A DNA stretch of 44,921 nucleotides from Octopus bimaculoides (Eukaryota): contig NC_068999.1 of NCBI RefSeq assembly GCF_001194135.2, forward strand, positions 7,350,776-7,395,696, written 5' to 3'. A program made the translations under genes and the position numbers. Shown one piece after another: positions 12,134 to 24,317 of the stretch (positions are counted from its first letter, which is position 1; each line of letters opens with the position of its first letter). Under the pieces are notes generated by a model, which had not been told where the DNA came from, did not search any database, and was given only the letters and a program-made list of their open reading frames with translations.

Positions 12134-12555
12134 GTCCATGCATCGCATACGAGGCACATCCCTATTTACTTTTTGCTCTCATGAGAGAAATTTGAGTCTT
12201 CTGAAAGGACAGCTTTATATTACCCGTAGCGTATGAAACAAAGGCAAACACAAAACCCGAAAACAAACATGGACGTTTAGGAAAAAACTTATAAAAATGC
12301 CTTGGGCAGGCAATGGAATAAATAGCTATCAAATACAATTAGTTGTTCCTTTAGATGTAGTCTTAACGCTTTGCATGTCGTGAACATTTTCCCCTAGCGT
12401 CCATGCACCATATATAATACACATTTCCATTTTTCATTTAAACCACTAAAATAACTGGGAACTTATGAGAGTAAAGCTTTATATTGCACAGAGCGTATGA
12501 AACCAGGACTAACCAGAAACCTGAAAACAAAGTTGGTCGTTTAGGACAAATACAT
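12132..12555. repeat. Old diverged tandem duplication, period about 264 bp
   Basis: Anchors at a constant offset: GCGTCCATGCA 12132/12397, AGCTTTATATT 12211/12475, AGCGTATGAAAC 12228/12492, GAAAACAAA 12259/12523, CGTTTAGGA 12274/12538. Confidence 0.8.
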
Positions 12556-12819
12556 GCAAAGGATTTGGACAGGGATAGAGTCAAAATGATAGAGAGCAAA
12601 TTTGAGAATTGATTTAATGTCAGCAGATATGAATTACGTTTAATGAATTTAGTGCAATTCATATATATTGGTTTGTGAATATAATTATTCGTCGCTAAAG
12701 GCTCAATGAGAAATTAAAAATTCATAATTGACATTACTTGTACTGTGGAGATTATTTCTGCCACCAACCAACGAAATTAGATTTGAAGAGAGAAATAACA
12801 TCTTATAGTATTTTCCTTA

Positions 12820-13560
12820 TCTCCTACTCCCCCTCCTTTCTTCTTTTCACCTTCAACTTCTTTCTTTTCCTTCTCTTCCAATTCCTTCTTCTCTTCATCT
12901 CTCTCCCTTTCCTGTAGTTTTCTCCACCCCGCACCTCCTCTATCTCTCTTCCTCCTGATCCCGCGCCCTCTCTCCTCCTCCTCCTCTTGTTCCTCCTTCT
13001 CCTCTTCCACCTCCTCCTCCTCTTGTCTATCCTCAACCACAACGTTTCCTCCACCTCCTCCTCCTCCTCCTCCTATTCCATCGTCTCTCTTCTTTCCCCT
13101 CCCATACTCTTCTCCGTCTCCCCGTTTCCCCTCCTCCCTATCTTTTTTCTACTACCCTCTCACCCATCATCCACGGTCCGTTTCCTCCTCATNNNNNNNN
13201 NNNNNNNNNNNNNNNNNNNNNNNNNNNNNNNNNNNNNNNNNNNNNNNNNNNNNNNNNNNNNNNNNNNNNNNNNNNNNNNNNNNNNNNNNNNNNNNNNNNN
13301 NNNNNNNNNNNNNNNNNNNNNNNNNNNNNNNNNNNNNNNNNNNNNNNNNNNNNNNNNNNNNNNNNNNNNNNNNNNNNNNNNNNNNNNNNNNNNNNNNNNN
13401 NNTCTCCCCTCCTTCTCCTCCTCCTTCTCCTCCTTCTCCTCCACCGTCTCTCTTCTTTTCCCTCACATACTCCTCTCCCGTCTCCCCGTTTCCCCTCCTC
13501 CCTGTCTTTTTTCTACTACCCTCTCATCCATCCTCCACGGTCCGTTTCCTCCTCCCCCTC
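12820..13560. repeat. Polypyrimidine/polypurine tract with a 110-bp unit repeated across a gap
   Basis: C/T-rich plus strand; 13082-13192 and 13445-13554 are near-identical. Confidence 0.85.
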
Positions 13561-14159
13561 TGCATGTAATATATCGACTAAATGTAATATCAGATTGCTT
13601 CTGATGCAGACATACTGTACACATTTTGTTAATGGCCGGATTTGACAGAGTTTCATTCAAAGGCGACGTCGACGATAGTTCTTGACGTGAACGCGTTCGT
13701 GAGCTTATCGCTTAAATTTCTTTTAAAACACTCTAAAAAGCCCAACTAAACTGAACTGAATAATTGAACGACTAATATCATTTCTATAATAAATTCTGTT
13801 TGAAGCCATTTCTCAATTCATTCAATCTGCGAATGTCGTATCCTCCATGACTTCAATGTATGCACAATGGCGTTGGTTTTTTTTTGTTTTGTAATTTGTT
13901 GATCCTCGCACACTTTTAAGATCGGCATCAATGATGCAGCGGTATTAATTAGTGTCTGATATCACCCCAAAATACCAACAAACAAACAAACAAACAAACA
14001 AACTGGAAAGCGCTCGAGGAGAACATCGCGGGCGAACTAGTTTTGATAGCATCAAGGACTCGACTAAACTTTCATAGGGTGAAGGAGTAAGAACAGCAGA
14101 GGAAAAGGAGCTGAATGGCGATGCTTGAGATTGAAGATGCTGAGAATGGTTAATGCCTA

Positions 14160-14338
14160 ATGATGATGCTGTTGATGATAATGACGCTGGTGATGATGAT
14201 GATGTTGATGATGACAATGTTGATGATGATGACGATGACGACGATGATGATGATAACGGTGACGATTATGACAATCACGGAGATGATGATAATAATGTTG
14301 ATGATGACGATAATGATTATGATGTTAATGACGATGAT

Positions 14339-14369
<31 letters not shown>

Positions 14370-14502
14370 ACGATGTTGATGATGACGACCACGATGAGGA
14401 CGATAATGATGTTGAAGATGATGACGACGACGACGATGATGATGATGATGAGGTTTATGATGATGATAATGATGTTGTTCATGATGGTGATGATGATGAT
14501 GA
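14160..14502. repeat. Degenerate (GAT)n triplet tract, reads as poly-Asp on plus
   Basis: Non-Asp codons are almost all single-base variants of GAT/GAC. Confidence 0.85.
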
Positions 14503-15755
14503 TCAGTTTGGTGTTTTCTCTACTTGCATCCATACTTGACTCGTTGATATTCCAAAACCACGAATGGTATTCCGCATGGCATCTATCCTACGCAACCACT
14601 TCTCTGTCAATTCCCTGCTTGGAACGTAACACCAAAGACTACGACGACCCCAACGAATACGATGACGACGATGACAACATATCATGAGCGACATAAATAA
14701 TATAGAAATTGCATCAACAGCGAAGTTACACTCGTATTTCATAAGTAATTTGCAGGTTTTTAATTAATATTCTTAATATTCTTTAATTAATATTGAATCA
14801 TGTTGATTGATGTACAACGCGATTTAACCTTCGCGTGACTTGGCATCGAAGCGATGGCAGTTTGTAAATTTATGACTATTTTGATCTACGAATAATCTAA
14901 TATAATCTGAATTTGTATTAGAATATGAGGTACTTTGATATAGTGATCAAATACGATCCTCCTATACAGTAATATATTGATACCTCCATCTACTGATACG
15001 AACAAACGAAGGTTTTCACATAAACACTTCAAGCGTTATTTAATCGCTCGATAGTACTGATATCTTATAATTCCTTTTACAGAAAGTTTAACAGACTACA
15101 CTACACAGTATTGTTCGTTTTACCAATTCTTGCAGGATATTTGACAAAAATATGATACACGAATTCAGTCCTGTTTTTACGAGTATCTATACATCGTCAC
15201 ATTCTCGTTGAACAGCGAGATCTGAAACAATAACCTGTATATGCCTATCCTTAATACGTTCCGACAGATCCGAACGCAAATATGCTAACCGCTGTGTTGT
15301 GCTCGTGATCGGTGAACAGCCTCTCGTTCGTGATGAGTATATGTGTTCATAACACTCGTTTCATCAGTAGCAAGGATTCTAGGACACTGGTGTTTCGACA
15401 TGTTATATCTCGTCAGGCAGAAGTACTCGTATAAATGGATGTAAAAAGGAGCTGATTGTCTTGTTTATAATTTCATCGAACAAATTGTTTGCCGATTCGT
15501 AATGATATATGTCAACCAATAATAAATCGGCATATGTAGAGCATGATTCGTAACGATGACTCCCATATTTATTCTTAATACGATCTGGTGATTCTTAATA
15601 CGATCCGGACCCAAATATATTCTATTCAAATTAGTTAAATTGTGAGCTAGATTGCTCGATATATCAGCTAAATCTCTTATTTAACAGTAAATACTACTTT
15701 AAAAAAATATAATTTTGTTTTTAATACATGGTAGAACACATTGATAGAAGCTGAC

Positions 15756-15840
15756 ATAGTAGCGTGGTAATGAAGTTCGCTCTGCAACCATGTGGTTTCG
15801 GGTTCGGATGAGATGCATGGCACCTTTGTCGAGAAATTTG
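15756..15840 (+). mobile_element. Degenerate family A SINE head
   Basis: GCGTGGTAATGAAGTTCGCTCTGCAACCATGTGGTTTCGGGTTC...GCATGGCACCTTTG. Confidence 0.55.
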
Positions 15841-16968
15841 AAAAGACAACACGAAACCGGTTATTTCTCAAAATACAATGTTTATATACCAAAAAGATTT
15901 TATAACATTTTTTCTGACATAATTTAAATATATACTGTAACCATGTAACACAAGCCTTCTGTAGTTTTTTTCACTCTTATTATCTTTTATACATCCAACC
16001 ACGTGCTTTCACATACCAACTTTCTCACCTATATATACCTATATACACATATACATATATATATATACACATATACATACACACACACACATACACACAC
16101 NNNNNNNNNNNNNNNNNNNNNNNNNNNNNNNNNNNNNNNNNNNNNNNNNNNNNNNNNNNNNNNNNNNNNNNNNNNNNNNNNNNNNNNNNNNNNNNNNNNN
16201 NNNNNNNNNNNNNNNNNNNNNNNNNNNNNNNNNNNNNNNNNNNNNNNNNNNNNNNNNNNNNNNNNNNNNNNNNNNNNNNNNNNNNNNNNNNNNNNNNNNN
16301 NNNNNNNNNNNNNNNNNNNNNNNNNNNNNNNNNNNNNNNNNNNNNNNNNNNNNNNNNNNNNNNNNNNNNNNNNNNNNNNNNNNNNNNNNNNNNNNNNNNN
16401 NNNNNNNNNNNNNNNNNNNNNNNNNNNNNNNNNNNNNNNNNNNNNNNNNNNNNNNNNNNNNNNNNNNNNNNNNNNNNNNNNNNNNNNNNNNNNNNNNNNN
16501 NNNNNNNNNNNNNNNNNNNNNNNNNNNNNNNNNNNNNNNNNNNNNNNNNNNNNNNNNNNNNNNNNNNNNNNNNNNNNNNNNNNNNNNNNNNNNNNNNNNN
16601 NNNNNNNNNNNNNNNNNNNNNNNNNNNNNNNNNNNNNNNNNNNNNNNNNNNNNNNNNNNNNNNNNNNNNNNNNNNNNNNNNNNNNNNNNNNNNNNNNNNN
16701 NNNNNNNNNNNNNNNNNNNNNNNNNNNNNNNNNNNNNNNNNNNNNNNNNNNNNNNNNNNNNNNNNNNNNNNNNNNNNNNNNNNNNNNNNNNNNNNNNNNN
16801 NNNNNNNNNNNNNNNNNNNNNNNNNNNNNNNNNNNNNNNNNNNNNNNNNNNNNNNNNNNNNNNNNNNNNNNNNNNNNNNNNNNNNNNNNNNNNNNNNNNN
16901 NNNNNNNNNNNNNNNNNATATACATATACACATAAACACACACACATGCGTGTGTATGCCTAACATTA

Positions 16969-17034
<66 letters not shown>

Positions 17035-17489
17035 CATTAACATTCGTCCTTGTTAATTCTCTCACCTCTGACCTGTTTAACTATAAATCACGAAGCTAAT
17101 GAATTCTATGATTCTATAATTCGACAGCAAAACCTCTAATCACAGCCGTCTGATGACTTCTTTTGACCGTTCTTGTATTCAATGGTGGATTGCAAATAAA
17201 TATCTGTATTTTTGCGTTTCATTAACAATAATTTTTGTCTGGGAAATTGTTTTGAAACAAGTCCCTTAATTTATTCTTTTTATTTGTTTGTTGACTTTAG
17301 GGAGACTCGACGTTGATACAGGAGTAGTGGAGAGGAACATCGGCCTAAATGAATAATTCAATTTTACTTGTTCTTATATAATTTGAGTTCAGATTGTGCC
17401 GTTTTAATCTTAACGTTATTCGATACCGTTTTAACATCGCTAAATTAATGTTCATTCACGTTCTTTATTCGGTTAATTAAAAGGGTGAA

Positions 17490-17664
17490 ACTGTCTTCCT
17501 AACCAAATCAGTGTCTACGTTATGGCTTCAAACTCCGTGGAAGAAGACATTGCATTCATCTTTTCGGGATCGACAAAATAAGTACCAGTCAAGCCATGGG
17601 GTCGATGTAGTCGACTTAACCTCCATCCCTAAATTTACTGGCCTGTTCCCCAAATTTGAAATCA
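17490..17664 (+). mobile_element. Family E-related SINE remnant, 3' part
   Basis: CATCTTTTCGGGATCGACAAAATAAGTACCAG...GGGGTCGATGTAGTCGACTTAA...CCAAATTTGAAATCATT, followed by a triplet tail. Confidence 0.7.
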
Positions 17665-17759
17665 TTCTTCTTCTTCTTCTTCTTCTTCTTCTTCTTCTTC
17701 TTCTTCTTCTTCTTCTTCTTCTTCTTCTTCTTCTTCTTCTTCTTCTTCTTCTACTACTA

Positions 17760-17797
<38 letters not shown>

Positions 17798-17803
17798 TCT
17801 TCT
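17665..17803. repeat. Compound triplet microsatellite (CTT)n(CTA)n(CTG)n(CTT)
   Basis: Direct reading. Confidence 0.95.
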
Positions 17804-17807
17804 TAAT

Positions 17808-18142
17808 GCAGCGAGCTGGCAGAGTCGTTAGTACGCCGGGAAAAATGCTTAGCGGCATTTCGTCCGCCCTGACGTTCTGAGTTCAAATTATTTGAAGGTC
17901 GACTTTGCCTTTCATCCTTTCGGGATTGATAAATTAAGTACCATTGAAACAATGGGGGCACGTCGGAGAAAATGGCGACATTTCATCTGTGTTTTTGTTT
18001 TGAGTTCAAATTCGGACAAGGTTGACTTTGCCTTTCATCATTTCGGGGTCGATGAAATAGGTACAAGCTGGATGCTGGGGTCAATGTAATCAGCCAGACC
18101 CTCTCCCCCAAAATTTCAGGCCTTGTGCCTATAGTAGAAAGG
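17808..18142 (+). mobile_element. Family E SINE tandem dimer followed by a (CTA)n tail to 18196
   Basis: GAGCTGGCAGAGTCGTTAG head; the block GAGTTCAAATT...GACTTTGCCTTTCATC occurs twice (about 17880 and 18002). Confidence 0.85.
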
Positions 18143-18198
<56 letters not shown>

Positions 18199-18304
18199 AG
18201 GCGTACAGAATTGTTACATTTTCTTAATGCTGATTCTTGCTTGAGAATTACGTTAAAACTAGATGTATGCCTGGAATATTCAACCACTTCCATGCCTATT
18301 TAAT

Positions 18305-18389
18305 ACATTTCTTTTATTAGCCTCACAGGGCTCAACACAGATGGGACAAATACAAGCCTCACAGGGCTCAACACAGATGGGACAAATAC
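18305..18389 (-). repeat. Family E SINE 3' tail fragment containing a 36-bp tandem duplication
   Basis: GCCTCACAGGGCTCAACACAGATGGGACAAATAC at 18320 and 18356; resembles the reverse complement of 29945-29995. Confidence 0.7.
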
Positions 18390-18776
18390 GAAGTAGAGTT
18401 TTTCTTTTCGAGGGGACGAAAATAAAGTAAAAAAAAAATTTAAATGGGGATAACGATGAAAAGGCATCGAAAAAACGTTTGGGATATGTACAAAAAGAAT
18501 GAAAATATTACAAAAACTTCCCAATAAATAGGGAGGTTATCCGTAGAAAGAAAAACCTACGAAAAAGACCACGATAACCTCGGTCATTAATGTCACAATT
18601 TGCAAAAAAACACTTTTATTTACGAAAGAAACGTAAGTAACTCTCTGCTTATAAAATTAACGTTTCTATAGAATCACGTTCAAGGTGGCTTCGTCATTCA
18701 TACCTGCCATTCTTGCTACATGTATCCATCTTTTTTCGAAACATTTGCTAGACAACACTTGCCTCTCTACTCTCAC

Positions 18777-18832
18777 CTTCCTTTTCAAGTGATACTTGAA
18801 AAAGTTGATGAGAGATTGACCAGAGTCCATGC
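18777..18832 (-). CDS. Candidate 56-nt exon, (G)MDSGQSLINFFKYHLKRK
   Basis: Acceptor tttgcttattaaatag|, donor GAAG|gtgaga, open frame; no homolog recognised. Confidence 0.2.
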
Positions 18833-19362
18833 CTATTTAATAAGCAAATGTATCAGTTCATCTGATAAGTGGATGCTCGTAGTCGAAATCGTCAGAGATC
18901 CATTTAGGTATATATGTACCTACGTATATTTCTTATTCCAAACACCAAATAATTGCTTTATATTATATCTGTCAATATTGGCATATGAGAAGAATCGTTA
19001 AATGTATTCGCGCATTAGTCGATATCATTGCAGAATATTTCGGTGAGAAGCAGGAGTCTTAGTTTGACAGATTTCCAGTATTTCTATGACAATATTGTCA
19101 GGGAAGTGATGGAATAATTCTCTCGAAAAATGGGAGTCAAATTTGGTTGAAGGAAACTCGATCACGTTTTCTTCTTTCTTCTATTGATACAGATCAGAGT
19201 AGAATAGCTATTTTCAATAAAGAATTTCTGGGAGGGATTTTCGTAAAAGTTTAGTACAAATGTACTCGAAATTTGCAATGAAACGCGTCCTTAATCATGT
19301 TAACAAACAGCTGAATGCAACGATTGGTCCTTCGTACATCGTGTAAGTTAACTTTGTTAATG

Positions 19363-19490
19363 AGTTTCCGTCTACCAAATCCACTCACAGCGCTTTAGTC
19401 GGCCCGAGGCTATCGTAGAATATACCTGCCCAAGGTGTCATGCAGTGGGACTGAACCCGGAACCATGTAGTTGATAAGCAAGCTACTTAC
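19363..19490 (-). mobile_element. Family A SINE 5' fragment
   Basis: TTTCCGTCTACCAAATCCACTCAC...GCAGTGGGACTGAACCCGGAACCATG. Confidence 0.88.
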
Positions 19491-21029
19491 TAAACTTTTG
19501 AGAAATTTTACACTGTGTATGTACGAATGCGTAAGAAATACGGGATGGTCACAGTTGGAACGTCTTTCATTATGGATCTGCCATGCAGCTAAAAGTACAA
19601 TATTTGAACGCTGTAACCAAATTCTCAATCACTCAGCATTCCGATAATAACATTTCTCTGACGACTTGGTGCTAAAAGCCACTTCACATGTGTCTGGATT
19701 CCCAAGTCACCTCTAGACTAGATATATATCTTTTTCTAGTCTAAAATCTTCGATGTTCTTTCAATTTTAGTAACAAGATATTTCAAGAATAAATAATTAA
19801 ATATTACGTACACTGAGCATTATTGGTAAAGACAGTTGCGCTGTTTTTCAGTCTTAGAGCTGCTCTTATTATATTTAAAAGCAATATATAAAATATATAA
19901 CGAGGCTTCAGACAGCGCTCGGCGGACTGTGTTCTCACACACAGTTCAATTACTTGTTGAACTTACTTCTTTGAAACAATTGTATAACTTAACTTCGCTT
20001 CCATTTCAATTTTCATTTGCCATATCAACTGGTTAAAACTACTTTATAAGTTATCAAAGTGTTGCATCATGCAACACTTTGTTTGGCCTTACCATAGGCA
20101 TGAACGCTTTACAATATTAAATATTTCAGAAGAGTTAATGAAGGGTAATAATTAGAACAGACGTTCACGTGGGACGGCCATATTGCCAGTATTATTTCAC
20201 ATTCCAATAAACAATAGGATTTTTAAAGAATAGAATTGTGACGAAGACAAGTTAACAATTATTGATTCCATCTATCACGACTACGTGTAGAAGATATATG
20301 GCTATTTATAAGTTTATAGAGCATATTTATAGTTTAACAACAACAAGAACAACGACAATAGCAACAACAACAGCAACAACAATAAAATTTCAAATTGATT
20401 GTTCCAAACCAAAACGAGTTGATTAAATCGATTTGTCATCTCCTACAAGACACGTGACCTTATTCTAATTCGTAGAAATTAATATTTTGTTTTATAAAAT
20501 AATGAAGTTTATATGGAAACTTTATTGGAAAACAATACTGATATGTTATTCCAACTTAGGTTTGGTACTGAAATTATTGACAATGAAATTGGTTCACACA
20601 ATTTCGTTTCGCAACCAAAGAATTTGGCATTCAGTCCCATTGCGGCACTCCTTAAGAAAATGCTTTCTTGTCGACTGAAATTTGATTGTCCGATTCTGTG
20701 CAGAAACCCGCGTCGTATATGCATGCACACTTACATACGTACATAACTGTGGAAGGCAACTCGAGATCGAGAAAGACCACTTCGTAAACTCAATAGGTCT
20801 GTGCAAACATTCCGAAAGTCCACGAAGTTCCTGCGCATGAAGTGGATAAAATGTTTCACACCACTGAATCACCTTTTCAGTGCATTCACCTATAAATTCG
20901 TTGGAACAATAAACGGTCGAGACATACAGAAACCAATTGAACCCTAGGTGTTTTGTTTATACGAGTTTACTTTCCCTTAGAAGGAAGTACCAATGAGAAC
21001 TAAGGGTTCTTGACTCCCAGTGGTTGAAA

Positions 21030-21175
21030 CACCGATTACCCTTTAGCTAGGACCATTACAGGTGCTACTACTTAGGTCAGAGCTCACCTGGGTTACAATA
21101 ATGGTTAAGAGGCAGTTGTGAACACCTGAATACCCTGGAAATCTCGAACACGAGCTCCCTTACCGGATGTACTTT
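21030..21175. mobile_element. Degenerate interspersed-repeat remnant, family unassigned
   Basis: GGTCAGAGCTCACCTGGG...CTCGAACACGAGCTCCCTTACCGGATG resembles an Octopus repeat motif from memory; single copy in this window. Confidence 0.3.
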
Positions 21176-21275
21176 AAAATCATATATAGGGCCTACATAC
21201 GTATGTTTGTTTGTATGTATTGTATCCACTTCAAACAAATGCGAAAAACGGATGGAAGTAAGTATACACATATAG

Positions 21276-21317
<42 letters not shown>

Positions 21318-21323
21318 ATGTGT

Positions 21324-21367
<44 letters not shown>

Positions 21368-21866
21368 ATAAACATATATACTTATTGAATTAGTCTTCGT
21401 TTACAGCTCTGCAAAGAAAAGTTTTAATCTATCTATCTATCTATCTATCTATCTATGTATTTACACTATGTATTATGTGTAAATACTTGCATAAGTTTGC
21501 AACATCCGATTCATGTCATCAGCCTATAATGGTCACAGGAAACTTAAATTTCATTTTTTATGAGGGAACAGCATTCAGAAAATCAAAGAGAATTCAACAT
21601 ATTTAACTTGTTCACAAGAATTTTCTTTACTGGTGTTAAAGTGTTTTATTTTGCCTTCTTGCATATCAATATATGTATATATTTTCCACATCTCTAATTT
21701 TCAATAATATGTATACATATACATACATATATTCATACATTCATTCATACATATACACATACATATATATATATATATGTCAGACTACCTCTATTTATAT
21801 GTTTTGGGCGACACTACTTCTTCGCTTGGGGGCGTCGGCAGAACAGTATGTATATATGTATGTATG

Positions 21867-21900
<34 letters not shown>

Positions 21901-21910
21901 TGTATGTATG

Positions 21911-21953
<43 letters not shown>

Positions 21954-22417
21954 AGATACATATATATATGATGTGTTGTGAATTCATGGAAATAAATCCG
22001 ATAAAACTGCACAATCTAGTTAAAAATGGAACTCTTTTTTGGAAACCTCCAAATTAAAGGACGCATCTAAATTCAACGCTTTTACACACCCACACAGACA
22101 CCCACATACATACAAGCATACATACGTGTATATATATATNNNNNNNNNNNNNNNNNNNNNNNNNNNNNNNNNNNNNNNNNNNNNNNNNNNNNNNNNNNNN
22201 NNNNNNNNNNNNNNNNNNNNNNNNNNNNNNNNNNNNNNNNNNNNNNNNNNNNNNNNNNNNNNNNNNNNNNNNNNNNNNNNNNTTTTTCAGCTTTATATTA
22301 CATTAATCTTAATCTTAATCTTATTTCGGCCAGAGTTCTTTCGTCACACTTCTGTGACCTCATCAGTGGTCCTTTGTCTCCTTCTTTCTTATGTGTGTCT
22401 CACCTTGCTAACTATCA

Positions 22418-22461
<44 letters not shown>

Positions 22462-22945
22462 TATGAATGTATGTATATATTTGCATGTATATATATGTAT
22501 ATATATATGTTTATATATATATATAAATCAATATATGTGTATATATATGTATATACACGAATACATATACATATATACACACATATATATATGTATGAAT
22601 GTATGTATATATATATAAAATTGTGAGTATGCACCAACATATTGTATATATGAATGTATACGTTTCGTGTATATGATTCTGTCGCTAATAATAACCCAGA
22701 AAGTGGGGAATCAATTCTCTGATGTTAAAAAAAAAAACAGTGTTAAATCCTATAAAATCAGTGTTAAATCCTATAAAATCAGTGAACTTTGAAATACTTT
22801 TGACTCATTCGTAACTCTGTCTCTATTACTCTTTGAAAACGTTTTTGGCTCCGCGACGGTGAGGTTCCTGAACACATAAAAATATCATGGCCTAATAAAA
22901 AATTGCGTTTTAATATTAAAAAGTCTTATGAAATATATTACATAA

Positions 22946-23000
<55 letters not shown>

Positions 23001-24110
23001 ATGCAAATATTTATATATGTATGACAAGCAAAATAGCTGGTTGTAAAATCTCAATAAGAGACGGGAGTCGTAACTATACTAACAAGTAAAGTTAAAAGCC
23101 ACAAAAATGTATTTGTTTCAACTAGTCTAACCCCAGGCAGCTCTTTCGCCACTCGGTTAACGGTGCAGCACTGCACTCTGAACATATATATTGCCAGGAG
23201 GGGAGCGAACACTATCCATCCTCCAGTAGAGGACAGAATTGAGGCACCGATTCCNNNNNNNNNNNNNNNNNNNNNNNNNNNNNNNNNNNNNNNNNNNNNN
23301 NNNNNNNNNNNNNNNNNNNNNNNNNNNNNNNNNNNNNNNNNNNNNNNNNNNNNNNNNNNNNNNNNNNNNNNNNNNNNNNNNNNNNNNNNNNNNNNNNNNN
23401 NNNNNNNNNNNNNNNNNNNNNNNNNNNNNNNNNNNNNNNNNNNNNNNNNNNNNNNNNNNNNNNNNNNNNNNNNNNNNNNNNNNNNNNNNNNNNNNNNNNN
23501 NNNNNNNNNNNNNNNNNNNNNNNNNNNNNNNNNNNNNNNNNNNNNNNNNNNNNNNNNNNNNNNNNNNNNNNNNNNNNNNNNNNNNNNNNNNNNNNNNNNN
23601 NNNNNNNNNNNNNNNNNNNNNNNNNNNNNNNNNNNNNNNNNNNNNNNNNNNNNNNNNNNNNNNNNNNNNNNNNNNNNNNNNNNNNNNNNNNNNNNNNNNN
23701 NNNNNNNNNNNNNNNNNNNNNNNNNNNNNNNNNNNNNNNNNNNNNNNNNNNNNNNNNNNNNNNNNNNNNNNNNNNNNNNNNNNNNNNNNNNNNNNNNNNN
23801 NNNNNNNNNNNNNNNNNNNNNNNNNNNNNNNNNNNNNNNNNNNNNNNNNNNNNNNNNNNNNNNNNNNNNNNNNNNNNNNNNNNNNNNNNNNNNNNNNNNN
23901 NNNNNNNNNNNNNNNNNNNNNNNNNNNNNNNNNNNNNNNNNNNNNNNNNNNNNNNNNNNNNNNNNNNNNNNNNNNNNNNNNNNNNNNNNNNNNNNNNNNN
24001 NNNNNNNNNNNNNNNNNNNNNNNNNNNNNNNNNNNNNNNNNNNNNNNNNNNNNNNNNNNNNNNNNNNNNNNNNNNNNNNNNNNNNNNNNNNNNNNNNNNN
24101 NNNNNNNNNT

Positions 24111-24244
24111 TACTCTTTTACTTGTTTGAGTCATTTTGACTGTGGCCATGCCGGAGCACCGCCTTTAGTAGAGCAAATCGACCCCAGAACTTATTCTTTG
24201 TAAGCCTAGTACTTATTTTATCGGTCTCTTTTGCCGAACCGCTA
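24111..24244 (-). mobile_element. Family A SINE 3' tail, truncated after 134 bp
   Basis: Reverse complement of 24570-24704. Confidence 0.9.
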
Positions 24245-24317
24245 TATGTATATATATATATGTATGTATTAGATATAAGCATAGTTATGTGTATAATATA
24301 ATCTATCTATATACATA

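Noticed and set aside
13945-14520. Ser-rich and His-rich minus-strand frames through the ATC repeat
   Set aside because: Ser frame has a stop at 14266-68; His frame has stops at 14157, 14325 and 14520; the ORF also runs through a (TTTG)n repeat
20498-20947. About 150-codon plus frame with one internal TAA
   Set aside because: No recognisable motif; a rough estimate says several such stretches are expected by chance over six frames
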